The notes under the pieces were generated by a model that was given only the letters and a program-made list of their open reading frames with translations, did not search any database and was not told the origin of the DNA. Of a stretch of 64,000 bases of DNA, positions 38,703-47,728 are shown piece by piece. The DNA is from Candidatus Cloacimonadales bacterium (GTDB lineage Bacteria > Cloacimonadota > Cloacimonadia > Cloacimonadales > JAFGVF01). Made by a program: the position numbers and the translations under genes. The stretch lies in contig OY782781.1 of assembly GCA_963678315.1 (NCBI GenBank), positions 1,408,001-1,472,000 on the forward strand, written 5' to 3'. Within the stretch, counting starts at the first letter, position 1. Each line of letters begins with the position of its first letter.

Positions 38703-40799
38703 ATGAAACACTTAAAGATAGTTAATCTTAAGTCTGGAAGTCCAGAAAATAAGAAATTAGAATTAAAAGCCTATTTAGAAAATACATTTAATATAGAAGA
38801 TGAATTATATAAGACTCTCAAAAGTGATGAAAGCTTTTATCTGAGAGCAGATGCATTACGTCATCCCTTAATATTCTACTTTGGTCATACTTGTGCCTTC
38901 TACATGAACAAGTTGATTCTTGCAGGGCTTATTCAAAATAGAATTAATCCTAAAATAGAATCTATGTGTGCAGTTGGGGTTGATGAAATGTCATGGGATG
39001 ACCTCAACGAGGCTAATTATGATTGGCCTCTAGTTGCTGATGTAAGAATATTTAGAAAGCAAGTAAAAGAATTGCTAGATAATCTAATTGATGAAATGCC
39101 TCTAGAAATGCCGATTAATTGGGATTCTCCTTGGTGGGCATTGGTTATGGGTATGGAACATCAAAGAATTCATATTGAAACTTCTTCTGTGCTAATAAGG
39201 CAGCTTCCAATTAATCAAGTAGTTGAAAGCAAATTCTTCCCTACTTGTGACGAGTTTCCTCCAGCGCCTAAGAATGAACTAGTGAATGTTTTAGGAGGTT
39301 CAGTTGCTTTAGGTAAAACTAAAACAAATGCTTATTATGGTTGGGACAATGAATATGGTGTTCATAAAGCAGATGTGAAGAATATGAAGGTTAGCAGATA
39401 CTTAGTCTCAAATCAAGAGTTCTTAGAATTTGTTGAAGCAAAAGGCTATGAAAATCAATCGTATTGGACTGAAGAAGGTTGGGGTTGGGTAACTTATACT
39501 AAAGCTAAATACCCATTGTTCTGGATTGAACAGAATGGAAAGTGGTATCAGCGTAATATGACTAATATCATAGAGATGCCTTGGGCTTGGCCGGTTGAAG
39601 TTAATTATCTAGAAGCAAAAGCTTTTTGTAATTGGAAAACTCAAGTAACTGGAGAAAACTATAGAATGCCTACTGAAGATGAATGGTATCAATTCTATGA
39701 AATTACCGGTTATCCTGATATTCGCAAAGGCGAAAAGATAATAGCTAATATTAACTTAGAAGATTGTGCTTCTTCAGTGCCTGTAAATAAATATCGTTCT
39801 GATTCATTGTTTGATGTGATTGGCAATGTATGGCAGTGGACAGAAGTTCCTATCTATGCATTTAAAGGTTTTGCAGTTCATCCTTGGTACGATGATTTTA
39901 CAACTCCTACATTTGATGGGCAACATAACTTAATCAAAGGTGGTTCTTGGGCTTCAACAGGTAATTTAGCTATTCCAGAATCACGTTATGCTTTCAGAAG
40001 ACACTTCTACCAGCATGCAGGCTTCAGATATCTTAAAACAGATGAACCTGTGCAAACATTTGATAATATTTATGAAGAAGACCCAGTTGTAGTTGCTGAA
40101 TGTGAAAGAGGCTGGGGAGAAGAGAGATTTGGTATTAGAAACATCTCTCTCAAGCTTTCTGAAATAGCTTTTGATGTCGCTATAAACAAAGACAGAGCTA
40201 TGGTAATAGGTTGTGGGACAGGTAGAACAGCATTTGAACTTTCTAAAGAATTTGACCATGTAGAAGGACTAGATAATTCAGCAAGAGCCTTTAAAATGGC
40301 TGTCGAACTTCAACAGAAAGGACATATTCATTATATTACCTATAACGAAGGAGAAAATAGTTACTATAATGAAAAGTATTTGGCTAACTTTGGTTTAGAC
40401 CAGGTTTCTGATAAAGTTAAATTCTTCCAAGCTGATCCTTCTAATTTACTAGATAAGTTCAAAGGATATGATCTGATTATTTCAGAGATGATGCTAAATA
40501 AAACCTATAAACCAGCTAACTTCTTGGAAGAAATATCTAAACGCTTGAATGATGACGGTATTCTTATTCTCGCTAACTATGCTAGATGGCAAGAGAGTGT
40601 ACCAAATCAAGAGAATTGGCTTGGTGGTTATCGTGGAGAGGATGGTGAAATTGTTGAATCAGCAATGACTATTCAACGCATTCTTGAAAAGGATTTCGAC
40701 CTAATCAAAGAACCTAGACAGCTATCTTATATTATTCCAGTTGATAATTATTTATCTGAACTAAGAAATGCTGATATTACTGTTTGGAAGAAGAAATAG
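38703..40799 (+). CDS. ovoA: 5-histidylcysteine sulfoxide synthase / methyltransferase OvoA (ovothiol biosynthesis)
   Basis: LRHPLIFYFGHT, GVDEMSWDDL, iron motif EHQRIHIETSSVLIRQLP, FGE-like GWDNEYG and RYAFRRHFYQHAGFR, C-terminal SAM motif IGCGTGR. Confidence 0.93.
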   Translation: MKHLKIVNLKSGSPENKKLELKAYLENTFNIEDELYKTLKSDESFYLRADALRHPLIFYFGHTCAFYMNKLILAGLIQNRINPKIESMCAVGVDEMSWDDLNEANYDWPLVADVRIFRKQVKELLDNLIDEMPLEMPINWDSPWWALVMGMEHQRIHIETSSVLIRQLPINQVVESKFFPTCDEFPPAPKNELVNVLGGSVALGKTKTNAYYGWDNEYGVHKADVKNMKVSRYLVSNQEFLEFVEAKGYENQSYWTEEGWGWVTYTKAKYPLFWIEQNGKWYQRNMTNIIEMPWAWPVEVNYLEAKAFCNWKTQVTGENYRMPTEDEWYQFYEITGYPDIRKGEKIIANINLEDCASSVPVNKYRSDSLFDVIGNVWQWTEVPIYAFKGFAVHPWYDDFTTPTFDGQHNLIKGGSWASTGNLAIPESRYAFRRHFYQHAGFRYLKTDEPVQTFDNIYEEDPVVVAECERGWGEERFGIRNISLKLSEIAFDVAINKDRAMVIGCGTGRTAFELSKEFDHVEGLDNSARAFKMAVELQQKGHIHYITYNEGENSYYNEKYLANFGLDQVSDKVKFFQADPSNLLDKFKGYDLIISEMMLNKTYKPANFLEEISKRLNDDGILILANYARWQESVPNQENWLGGYRGEDGEIVESAMTIQRILEKDFDLIKEPRQLSYIIPVDNYLSELRNADITVWKKK

Positions 40800-40820
40800 T
40801 CGATTAATAATAATATAATT

Positions 40821-40850
40821 AAGGTGTAAGATTTCTTACACCTTTTTTTT
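40821..40850 (+). terminator. Intrinsic terminator after ovoA
   Basis: aaggtgtaag-attt-cttacacc followed by T8. Confidence 0.85.
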
Positions 40851-40920
40851 ATTAGACAATATTATATATATTTGTAGAAATTGATTAATTGATTATGTAG
40901 TTAAATTATAAGAGGAATAT

Positions 40921-41787
40921 ATGATATTTGAACGGGTCACAATTAGCCATAAGGGCGAAAAGTTCGATGTTGATATTAAGCGATTTGATAATTCAAGATC
41001 TTTAAAGTTATATATGAGTGATGGGAATATAAGAGTAACTACCTTTCCTGGCTGTACTAAAAAAGTGATAAAGAGCTTTGTTAATCAGCACAAAAAGGAG
41101 ATTATTGATCACTATCTTTTTTTTAAGAACAAAAGAATTGAAGAAGATAAGATTGCAAGAAATCTTTCCTTTGATATCTTCTATTTAGGTAGGAAGCTAA
41201 ATCTAAAGGTCGAACGCCTAGAACTTCAAGAAGTAACAGAAGAACCAGAACCATTATCACCAGAAGAACAAATGAGACTTTATATTGATGCATTAGCTAA
41301 TGATAAAGCATTACCAGAAGACCTTACACCTATTAAAGAATCACAGCCGGAAATCGAAAGAAGCTATAAGCTTGTTGATGATACACTGATTGTTAGCATT
41401 GCTCCTGATGATGATCATAATGTGGTAATCTCTCTGATAAAAGAGTTTTATAAAGTTCAAGCTCAAAAGATTATCACTCAAGATACTTATAAGTTTGTTA
41501 AAGAGATTTTTGTTAAATTTATACCTGAAGTTGCAGTCCGTGATATGGTCAAGCAATGGGGAAACTGCAAGTATAAGGCTAATAGACTTTCATTTAATAG
41601 AAGGCTAATTAGACTTCCAAGAAGATTAATCGCCTTTATTATCCTCCATGAACTTGCTCATTTTGTGCATCCTAATCACGGTAATGATTTCCATACTTTA
41701 CTAAATCAATGGGTAGCTGGTAGAGAGAAAGAGTTTGACGAAGAGATGAAAGAATGGAGCTTTGTATTATTAGATAAAATATTATAG
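40921..41787 (+). CDS. YgjP/DUF45-like zinc metallo-hydrolase
   Basis: MVKQWGNC, HELAHFVHPNH. Confidence 0.8.
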   Translation: MIFERVTISHKGEKFDVDIKRFDNSRSLKLYMSDGNIRVTTFPGCTKKVIKSFVNQHKKEIIDHYLFFKNKRIEEDKIARNLSFDIFYLGRKLNLKVERLELQEVTEEPEPLSPEEQMRLYIDALANDKALPEDLTPIKESQPEIERSYKLVDDTLIVSIAPDDDHNVVISLIKEFYKVQAQKIITQDTYKFVKEIFVKFIPEVAVRDMVKQWGNCKYKANRLSFNRRLIRLPRRLIAFIILHELAHFVHPNHGNDFHTLLNQWVAGREKEFDEEMKEWSFVLLDKIL

Positions 41788-41795
41788 AGGTATCA

Positions 41796-42668
41796 ATGAA
41801 AAATCCTGTAAAAAAGGTCTGTGCTATTCATGATTTAGCTGGACTAGGGCATGTTTCTTTAAATGAAGTTATAAGTATAATGACTAATATGGGGCATCAA
41901 GTTGTTTCATTACCAACAGCTGTTCTTTCTTCGAATACAGCTTATAAGAATTTTCGATTTGTTGATTTAACAGACAATATGCAAAGCTTTATTGACCACT
42001 GGAAAGAAGTAGGTATTGTGTTTGACGCTATCTATAGTGGATTTTTAGGTTCACCTCAGCAAATAGAAATAGTTAAAAAACTCATTATAGATTTTAAGAA
42101 TCCTAGTCAAATTGTGGTTGTCGACCCAGTATTTGGTGATGATGGTGAACTGTATTCTAGCTTTGATTTAACAATGGTTGAAGAGATGCGAAAGCTAGTT
42201 GAATCAGCTGACATTATAACTCCCAATATCACTGAAGCTGCTTTCTTGTTAGAAGAAGACTATCCTGATTTCTTAGATATCAATACTGCTAAAGATTGGT
42301 GCAAAAAACTATCTGACTTTGGTCCTAAAGTAGTAGTTTTAACTAGTGTTCCAGAAGATATAGCTCACAAGAGAACATCAGTAATTGCTTATAACAAAGA
42401 AGAGAAAAGGTTCTGGAAAGTTTCTTGTGATTATATTCCAACAAGTTATCCAGGTACAGGTGATGCTTTTACTAGCGTCTTGTTAGGAAGTCTAATGCAA
42501 GGGGATAGTCTGCCAATAGCATTAGATAGGGCTGTACAATTCATATCTATTGGTATTAGGTCAACTTATGGATTTAAACATGATATCTCTGAAGGTATCC
42601 TCTTGGAAAGAGTTCTACATTATTTAAAAGCTCCTATCCCGATTTCTTCTTTTGAAATATTGGATTAG
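41796..42668 (+). CDS. pdxK: Pyridoxal/pyridoxamine kinase
   Basis: AIHDLAGLG, LPTAVLS, YSGFLGS, DPVFGD, TPNITEA, PGTGDAF. Confidence 0.9.
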   Translation: MKNPVKKVCAIHDLAGLGHVSLNEVISIMTNMGHQVVSLPTAVLSSNTAYKNFRFVDLTDNMQSFIDHWKEVGIVFDAIYSGFLGSPQQIEIVKKLIIDFKNPSQIVVVDPVFGDDGELYSSFDLTMVEEMRKLVESADIITPNITEAAFLLEEDYPDFLDINTAKDWCKKLSDFGPKVVVLTSVPEDIAHKRTSVIAYNKEEKRFWKVSCDYIPTSYPGTGDAFTSVLLGSLMQGDSLPIALDRAVQFISIGIRSTYGFKHDISEGILLERVLHYLKAPIPISSFEILD

Positions 42669-42677
42669 CCTATTACT

Positions 42678-43493
42678 ATGAAAAAGATTATATTTACAGA
42701 TTTGGATGGTACTTTATTTAATTCAGATAGCCAAATCTCTCTTGAGAACTATGAGACCTTAACAAAGCTTGGTAATCTTGGAATAGTAAGAGTGATTGTA
42801 ACAGGTCGTTCTCTATATTCAGCAAATCAAGTATTAACTAAAGATTTTCCAATAGATTATCTTGTTTTTTCTTCAGGAGCTGGGGTGGTTAAGCATGATA
42901 CTGGGCAAGTTTTATCTAAGAAAGAGATAGATGAAGAAACAGTTGCAGAGATGATTAGTTATCTTAAGAGAATTGATGTTGATTTTATGGTGCATGAACC
43001 AATCCCCAATAATCATGTTTTTGATTACTATAAATCGTCTAAGGGATGCCGTGATGCTAGAAGAAGAGTCCACCTATATAAAGATTTTGCTAAAGCTTTA
43101 AATACAGATTACAGTGGTAGAGCTACCCAACTACTTGCTATTGTGGATGATGATAAACTTCATCTTGTAGACCATTTAACCCAATTATTTCCCAATCTTT
43201 CAATTATTAGGGCAACCTCACCTATTGATAATAAATCAGTATGGATTGAAATTTTTCCAAAAGGTATTGACAAAGGTTATGCATGTCGTAAAGTTATAAA
43301 GAAACTTGGATTTACAGCTGATCAAGCTCTGGTTATTGGAAATGATTTCAATGATTTGGCAATGTTACAAGCATTTGAGGATGCTTATGTAGTAGGAAAT
43401 GCTCATCCAGAATTAAAAGAAAAGTTCAAAGTGGTTAGCTCTAATGACGATAATGGTTTTACTGAAATGATAAATAAATATATCACTTTTTAA
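42678..43493 (+). CDS. Cof-type HAD-IIB hydrolase
   Basis: DLDGTL, TGR, DKG, GNDFND. Confidence 0.9.
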   Translation: MKKIIFTDLDGTLFNSDSQISLENYETLTKLGNLGIVRVIVTGRSLYSANQVLTKDFPIDYLVFSSGAGVVKHDTGQVLSKKEIDEETVAEMISYLKRIDVDFMVHEPIPNNHVFDYYKSSKGCRDARRRVHLYKDFAKALNTDYSGRATQLLAIVDDDKLHLVDHLTQLFPNLSIIRATSPIDNKSVWIEIFPKGIDKGYACRKVIKKLGFTADQALVIGNDFNDLAMLQAFEDAYVVGNAHPELKEKFKVVSSNDDNGFTEMINKYITF

Positions 43494-43550
43494 AACCTAT
43501 GGTGTTAGTTATCTCACAGGATAATTAATGTAAATGTACTTACAAAGGAG

Positions 43551-44642
43551 ATGATAATGAATATTCAAGAATTTTACAATAAACTTTCAAATCAAATACC
43601 AACATCTTTAGCGATGTCATGGGATAATGTTGGACTTCTAATAGGAGATGGACAACAAGAACTAAATAAAATCCTTATAACTCTAGATGTTACACCAAAT
43701 GCTGTTGAAAAAGCTATAACTGAAAAATGTAACTTAATAGTATCACATCACCCAATAATCTTTGGCAAAATTAACAAGATCAATAATCCGCTCTTCCTTA
43801 AACTTATTAGACACAATATTGATGTAATTTCGATGCATACCAATCTTGATGTTGTAGCAAAAGGGGTTAACAAGGTTCTAGCAGAGAAAATAGGACTTAA
43901 TAACATTCGTTTTTTATCAAATGAATCTGGAAATAAAGTATATTGGGGAAAGATATTTGTTCCTAAATGGGAATGCGAAGACCTAATAAAAGCTATTACA
44001 GAGGCTGGAGCAGGTGTCTATGAGAATTATTCAAATTGTGTAATTGAAACACAGGTCATTGGTACCTTCAAACCTCAACTTTCTTCAAAACCTTTTAAAG
44101 GAACAATCGGTAAAGTTGAACAAGTAGATGAAATTGAACTTCAATTCAGAGTTGATTTCACTAAAAAGAATGATGTTGTTGCTGCAATTCACAAGGCTCA
44201 TCCTTATGAAACACCTGTTTATCACTTCTATGAGATAGATGATAATAATACTAACTACGGTTTAGGTATGCTTGGAGAACTCAAAGATGAAATGATGTTA
44301 GAGGATTTCGCTAAGCATGTTAAAGAAAAACTAGGTGCTGAATTCGTTAAGCTGTGGACTGCCGGAAAAGATAACACTCCAATTAAAACTGTTTCTGTTT
44401 GTGGAGGTTCAGGTTCATCACTATTGGGTAAAGCTACTAGGTTAAGTGATGTAATGGTCACTGGTGATGTAACTTATCATACTATGCTAGATTCAAGTCT
44501 GCCAATTATTGATGCTGGTCATTTCTTTACAGAGAACCTTATTGTTGCTTGTCTTGCTGATTTATTTACATATTGGGATATAGATAATTGTGTTCTTTAT
44601 CCTTGTGAACATGAAATTAAACATCAAAAGATAATTTTTTAA
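43551..44642 (+). CDS. Nif3-like dinuclear metal centre protein (DUF34 with PII-like insert)
   Basis: WDNVGL, HHP, HTNLD, HPYETP, CGGSG, TGD, DAGHF. Confidence 0.92.
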   Translation: MIMNIQEFYNKLSNQIPTSLAMSWDNVGLLIGDGQQELNKILITLDVTPNAVEKAITEKCNLIVSHHPIIFGKINKINNPLFLKLIRHNIDVISMHTNLDVVAKGVNKVLAEKIGLNNIRFLSNESGNKVYWGKIFVPKWECEDLIKAITEAGAGVYENYSNCVIETQVIGTFKPQLSSKPFKGTIGKVEQVDEIELQFRVDFTKKNDVVAAIHKAHPYETPVYHFYEIDDNNTNYGLGMLGELKDEMMLEDFAKHVKEKLGAEFVKLWTAGKDNTPIKTVSVCGGSGSSLLGKATRLSDVMVTGDVTYHTMLDSSLPIIDAGHFFTENLIVACLADLFTYWDIDNCVLYPCEHEIKHQKIIF

Positions 44643-44644
44643 TT

Positions 44645-45619
44645 ATGAAACGCAGTGAACATAACCCAATCCTTTCCTACAAAGATATGCCTTACTATCC
44701 TTTCGAGTTCCCATTTGAAGGGATAGATGTATCATCTGCTTTTAATCCTGGTGCTTGTCTCTTCAATGGAGAGTATTATCTCCTTGTAAGAGTACAAGAT
44801 AGAGGTCGTAGAACTCACTTAATTATTGCTCATAGTCTTGATAATGTTGAATGGGGTATAACTTATCCTCCAATTGAATGGATAGGGCTTGATAGCTATG
44901 AAAAGGAGATTTTACATCTCTATGATCCAAGAATCACTAAGATTGAAAATATTTATTATATCATGTTTGCTATGGATACTAAAGAAGGTTGTTTCTTAGG
45001 ATTAGGCAAAACGGAAGATTTTAGAAATTTCTACTTTCTAGGACAAGTATCTCATCAACAGAGTCGTAATGGTGTTCTTTTCCCAGAGAAATTTGGTGAT
45101 TTTTATTATAGATTAGAACGTCCCAATAAACATGTTTTAGATAGCGGAGTAGCAACAGGGACTAGTGTTATTCTATCAAAATCAAAAAATCTATTAGAGT
45201 GGGAGAGAGTTTCAGAAGTCTTTTCTGGCTGTCCTCATTACTGGGATGAACTAGTTGGTTCTGGTCCTCCACCAGTTAAAACTCGCCAAGGATGGCTACA
45301 TATCTATCATGGAGTTGCAACTCATTTCTCAAGTTCTAATATCTATCAAGCAGGTGTTATACTTCTTGATTTGGATAATCCTGATAAGGTGATAAGTCGC
45401 GGTAAACATAACATCCTTGAACCAAGGGAAATATATGAACTAACAGGGCAAGTTCCCAATGTCGTTTTTCCATCAGGCATGATTGTTGAAGAATATGATG
45501 ACCAAGGATTCGCCAAAGAGAATAGTAAAGTTTATATCTATTATGGAGCTGCAGACACACATGTTTGTTTAGCTGAAACTACGATAAAAGAATTAATTAA
45601 CTTATCAAGAATAAAGTAG
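44645..45619 (+). CDS. GH130 beta-mannoside phosphorylase/hydrolase
   Basis: NPIL, FNPGA, YDPRIT, RNGVLFPEK, RLERP, YHGV, VPNVVFPSG, YYGAADT. Confidence 0.9.
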   Translation: MKRSEHNPILSYKDMPYYPFEFPFEGIDVSSAFNPGACLFNGEYYLLVRVQDRGRRTHLIIAHSLDNVEWGITYPPIEWIGLDSYEKEILHLYDPRITKIENIYYIMFAMDTKEGCFLGLGKTEDFRNFYFLGQVSHQQSRNGVLFPEKFGDFYYRLERPNKHVLDSGVATGTSVILSKSKNLLEWERVSEVFSGCPHYWDELVGSGPPPVKTRQGWLHIYHGVATHFSSSNIYQAGVILLDLDNPDKVISRGKHNILEPREIYELTGQVPNVVFPSGMIVEEYDDQGFAKENSKVYIYYGAADTHVCLAETTIKELINLSRIK

Positions 45620-45624
45620 GTTAT

Positions 45625-46803
45625 ATGAAAAAGATATTTAAATTGAAAGGCATAGTACAGAACTATGCATGGGGTAATAAAAGCTATATCCCTAATTTGC
45701 TTGGTATTGATAACACAGACAACAAGCCTTTTGCTGAACTATGGATGGGAGCTCATTCAAAAGCTCCATCAATTATTGCAGAAAGTTCAAAAACACTTAA
45801 TATTGCTATTGAAGATAATCCAATTGAACTACTAGGAAGCAAAGTTGCCAAGAATTTTAATAATAAATTACCTTATCTTTTCAAGGTTTTAAGCTCAGAG
45901 AAACCTCTTTCTATACAGGCTCATCCTAATTTACAACAAGCTCAGGCTGGCTATGCTAAAGAGAATAAGCAAGCTATAGAATTAACAGATTTTTATAGAA
46001 ACTACAAAGATGATAACCATAAACCTGAACTTATCTGTGCTCTAACTGAGTTTCATGCTATGTGTGGATTTAGACAAGCTGATGAAATAATTAATAACTT
46101 CAAGAAGTGCCAAATAGATGAATACTTGGATTCTTTCAAGGATTTTGTAGACAAAAAAGATTCTGAGTCTCTTAAGATTCTTTTTGCTGAAGTTCTAAGC
46201 AGTAAAGGGATTAAGAAAGGTCGCATGCTCATTGCTCTAGAAAATTCAGCTCCAACTTTAGATGATGAACTAACTTCTATGTGGGTGCAGAAGATGATGA
46301 AGCTCTACGAAAATGATATTGGAGCTCTTTCACCCCTCTTTCTAAATACTTTTGTCTTACAGCCAGGACAGGCTATTTATTTGAAAGCAGGAATTCTACA
46401 TGCTTACTTACAAGGAACAGGTATGGAAATAATGGCAAACTCCGATAATGTCCTTCGAGGAGGTCTTACACCTAAAAATATTGATGTTGATGAACTTCTA
46501 TCAATTCTAGATACTCAGATGGCTCGACCAGAGATACAATCTTATCCTGATACAAATGCTATCACAGAATATAATATTCCTATCAATGAGTTTTCATTAA
46601 GAAGAGTAAATCTACATAAGACTACTGCTGTTGCTAATAATGGTCCTTCCATAGCTATTGTAATTGATGGAAATGCTAAAATTACATCTGATAGTAATGT
46701 CGAAAGTGTTGTTAAAGGTGATATTGTCTTTATTTCTGGTGATGTTAACAACTATCAACTTACAGGGAATGGGCTCATCTTTATAGCCTCAACAAATTTG
46801 TAA
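45625..46803 (+). CDS. manA: Mannose-6-phosphate isomerase, type I
   Basis: QNYAWG, AELWMGAH, LSIQAHP, YKDDNHKPE, HAYL, EIMANSDNVLRGGLT. Confidence 0.95.
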   Translation: MKKIFKLKGIVQNYAWGNKSYIPNLLGIDNTDNKPFAELWMGAHSKAPSIIAESSKTLNIAIEDNPIELLGSKVAKNFNNKLPYLFKVLSSEKPLSIQAHPNLQQAQAGYAKENKQAIELTDFYRNYKDDNHKPELICALTEFHAMCGFRQADEIINNFKKCQIDEYLDSFKDFVDKKDSESLKILFAEVLSSKGIKKGRMLIALENSAPTLDDELTSMWVQKMMKLYENDIGALSPLFLNTFVLQPGQAIYLKAGILHAYLQGTGMEIMANSDNVLRGGLTPKNIDVDELLSILDTQMARPEIQSYPDTNAITEYNIPINEFSLRRVNLHKTTAVANNGPSIAIVIDGNAKITSDSNVESVVKGDIVFISGDVNNYQLTGNGLIFIASTNL

Positions 46804-46847
46804 AATTTAAGTTATTATGCTTTTAACCTATATCAAAGATAGGCCAC

Positions 46848-46897
46848 CCTTACTGGTCTCCTTGAAAAAAGTCCATTTTTTCAAGGAGGCAAGTAAG
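46848..46897. terminator. Long hairpin between convergent genes
   Basis: cttactggtctccttgaaaaaa...ttttttcaaggaggcaagtaag. Confidence 0.6.
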
Positions 46898-47187
46898 TTA
46901 GGAGTTACTGGGAACGCTTTTTGCCTTTAGTCCGGCTACTGCCGGATAGCCGGCTAATACTGGGAACGCTCGGCTACTAGCCGGCTAATACTGGGATCGC
47001 CAGCCTCTGTGCTGGCTTCACTTAGAACATAGTGATAAGTGAATATATAGAGAAGCCTACCATAAAAACCCCTAAGGGGTGGCATATATTAGCATGGAGT
47101 CTTGTACCGCATGCAAATACCAAATAAACATCAAGCCCTGAAAGGGCGACATAAAGAATGAACTGTAGAGACGAACTGCTGCTAGCT
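46896..47187 (+). repeat. REP-like cluster: three CTGGGA(A/T)CGC units, a TCACTTA..TAAGTGA unit, a CCC/GGG-AGCATGG unit and a GTAGAGACG fragment
   Basis: Segments match 746-784, 56829-56987, 30569-30656 and (inverted) 56325-56458. Confidence 0.85.
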
Positions 47188-47189
47188 TA

Positions 47190-47585
47190 TCACCTCTGTT
47201 CCATCTTCCACAGCTTATATTTTAAGTATGCAATAGGAAAGAAAGGAGTCATAGTTCTAATTCTGAAGGCATAATGCGAAGTGAATAAGTGATCAATATT
47301 CCATAAGTGCAGACTAACTATTTTCAAAACAATTGATAGTATAAGTACTATAACTACATCCCAAAAAATACGATAGTTTTTAAAGACAGGTAGCCAAATA
47401 GCTATTAAACTTGCAAATGAAACAAATAAAAAACCATTTGTATTAAACAAATCTTCATAATTATAATGAACATACATCAAGGCTATAGCTCTGATTAACA
47501 TTAGGATAATTAAGAATTTGTATAAGGAAAAATTAACAGTTAAATCTTCGTTATTAACTTTCTTACTATAAGGTCGATAATCCAT
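47190..47585 (-). CDS. Hypothetical membrane protein
   Basis: Three to four hydrophobic segments; GAGG RBS; TTGACA at 47635-47640. Confidence 0.65.
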   Translation of the reverse strand: MDYRPYSKKVNNEDLTVNFSLYKFLIILMLIRAIALMYVHYNYEDLFNTNGFLFVSFASLIAIWLPVFKNYRIFWDVVIVLILSIVLKIVSLHLWNIDHLFTSHYAFRIRTMTPFFPIAYLKYKLWKMEQR

Positions 47586-47670
47586 AAAATGCCTCTTTCA
47601 AAATTTTATATAATTTACAGAATGTATGAATTTATGTCAAGAAATTGCTTATAAGGAAATGTAGATAGAG

Positions 47671-47702
47671 AAAAAAAAGTGCAGACCTTGATCTGCACTT
47701 TT
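47671..47702 (-). terminator. Intrinsic terminator after ettA
   Basis: Minus strand aagtgcagatcaaggtctgcac followed by T8. Confidence 0.8.
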
Positions 47703-47728
47703 CAATTTTATGTAATATTACAAAGTGA

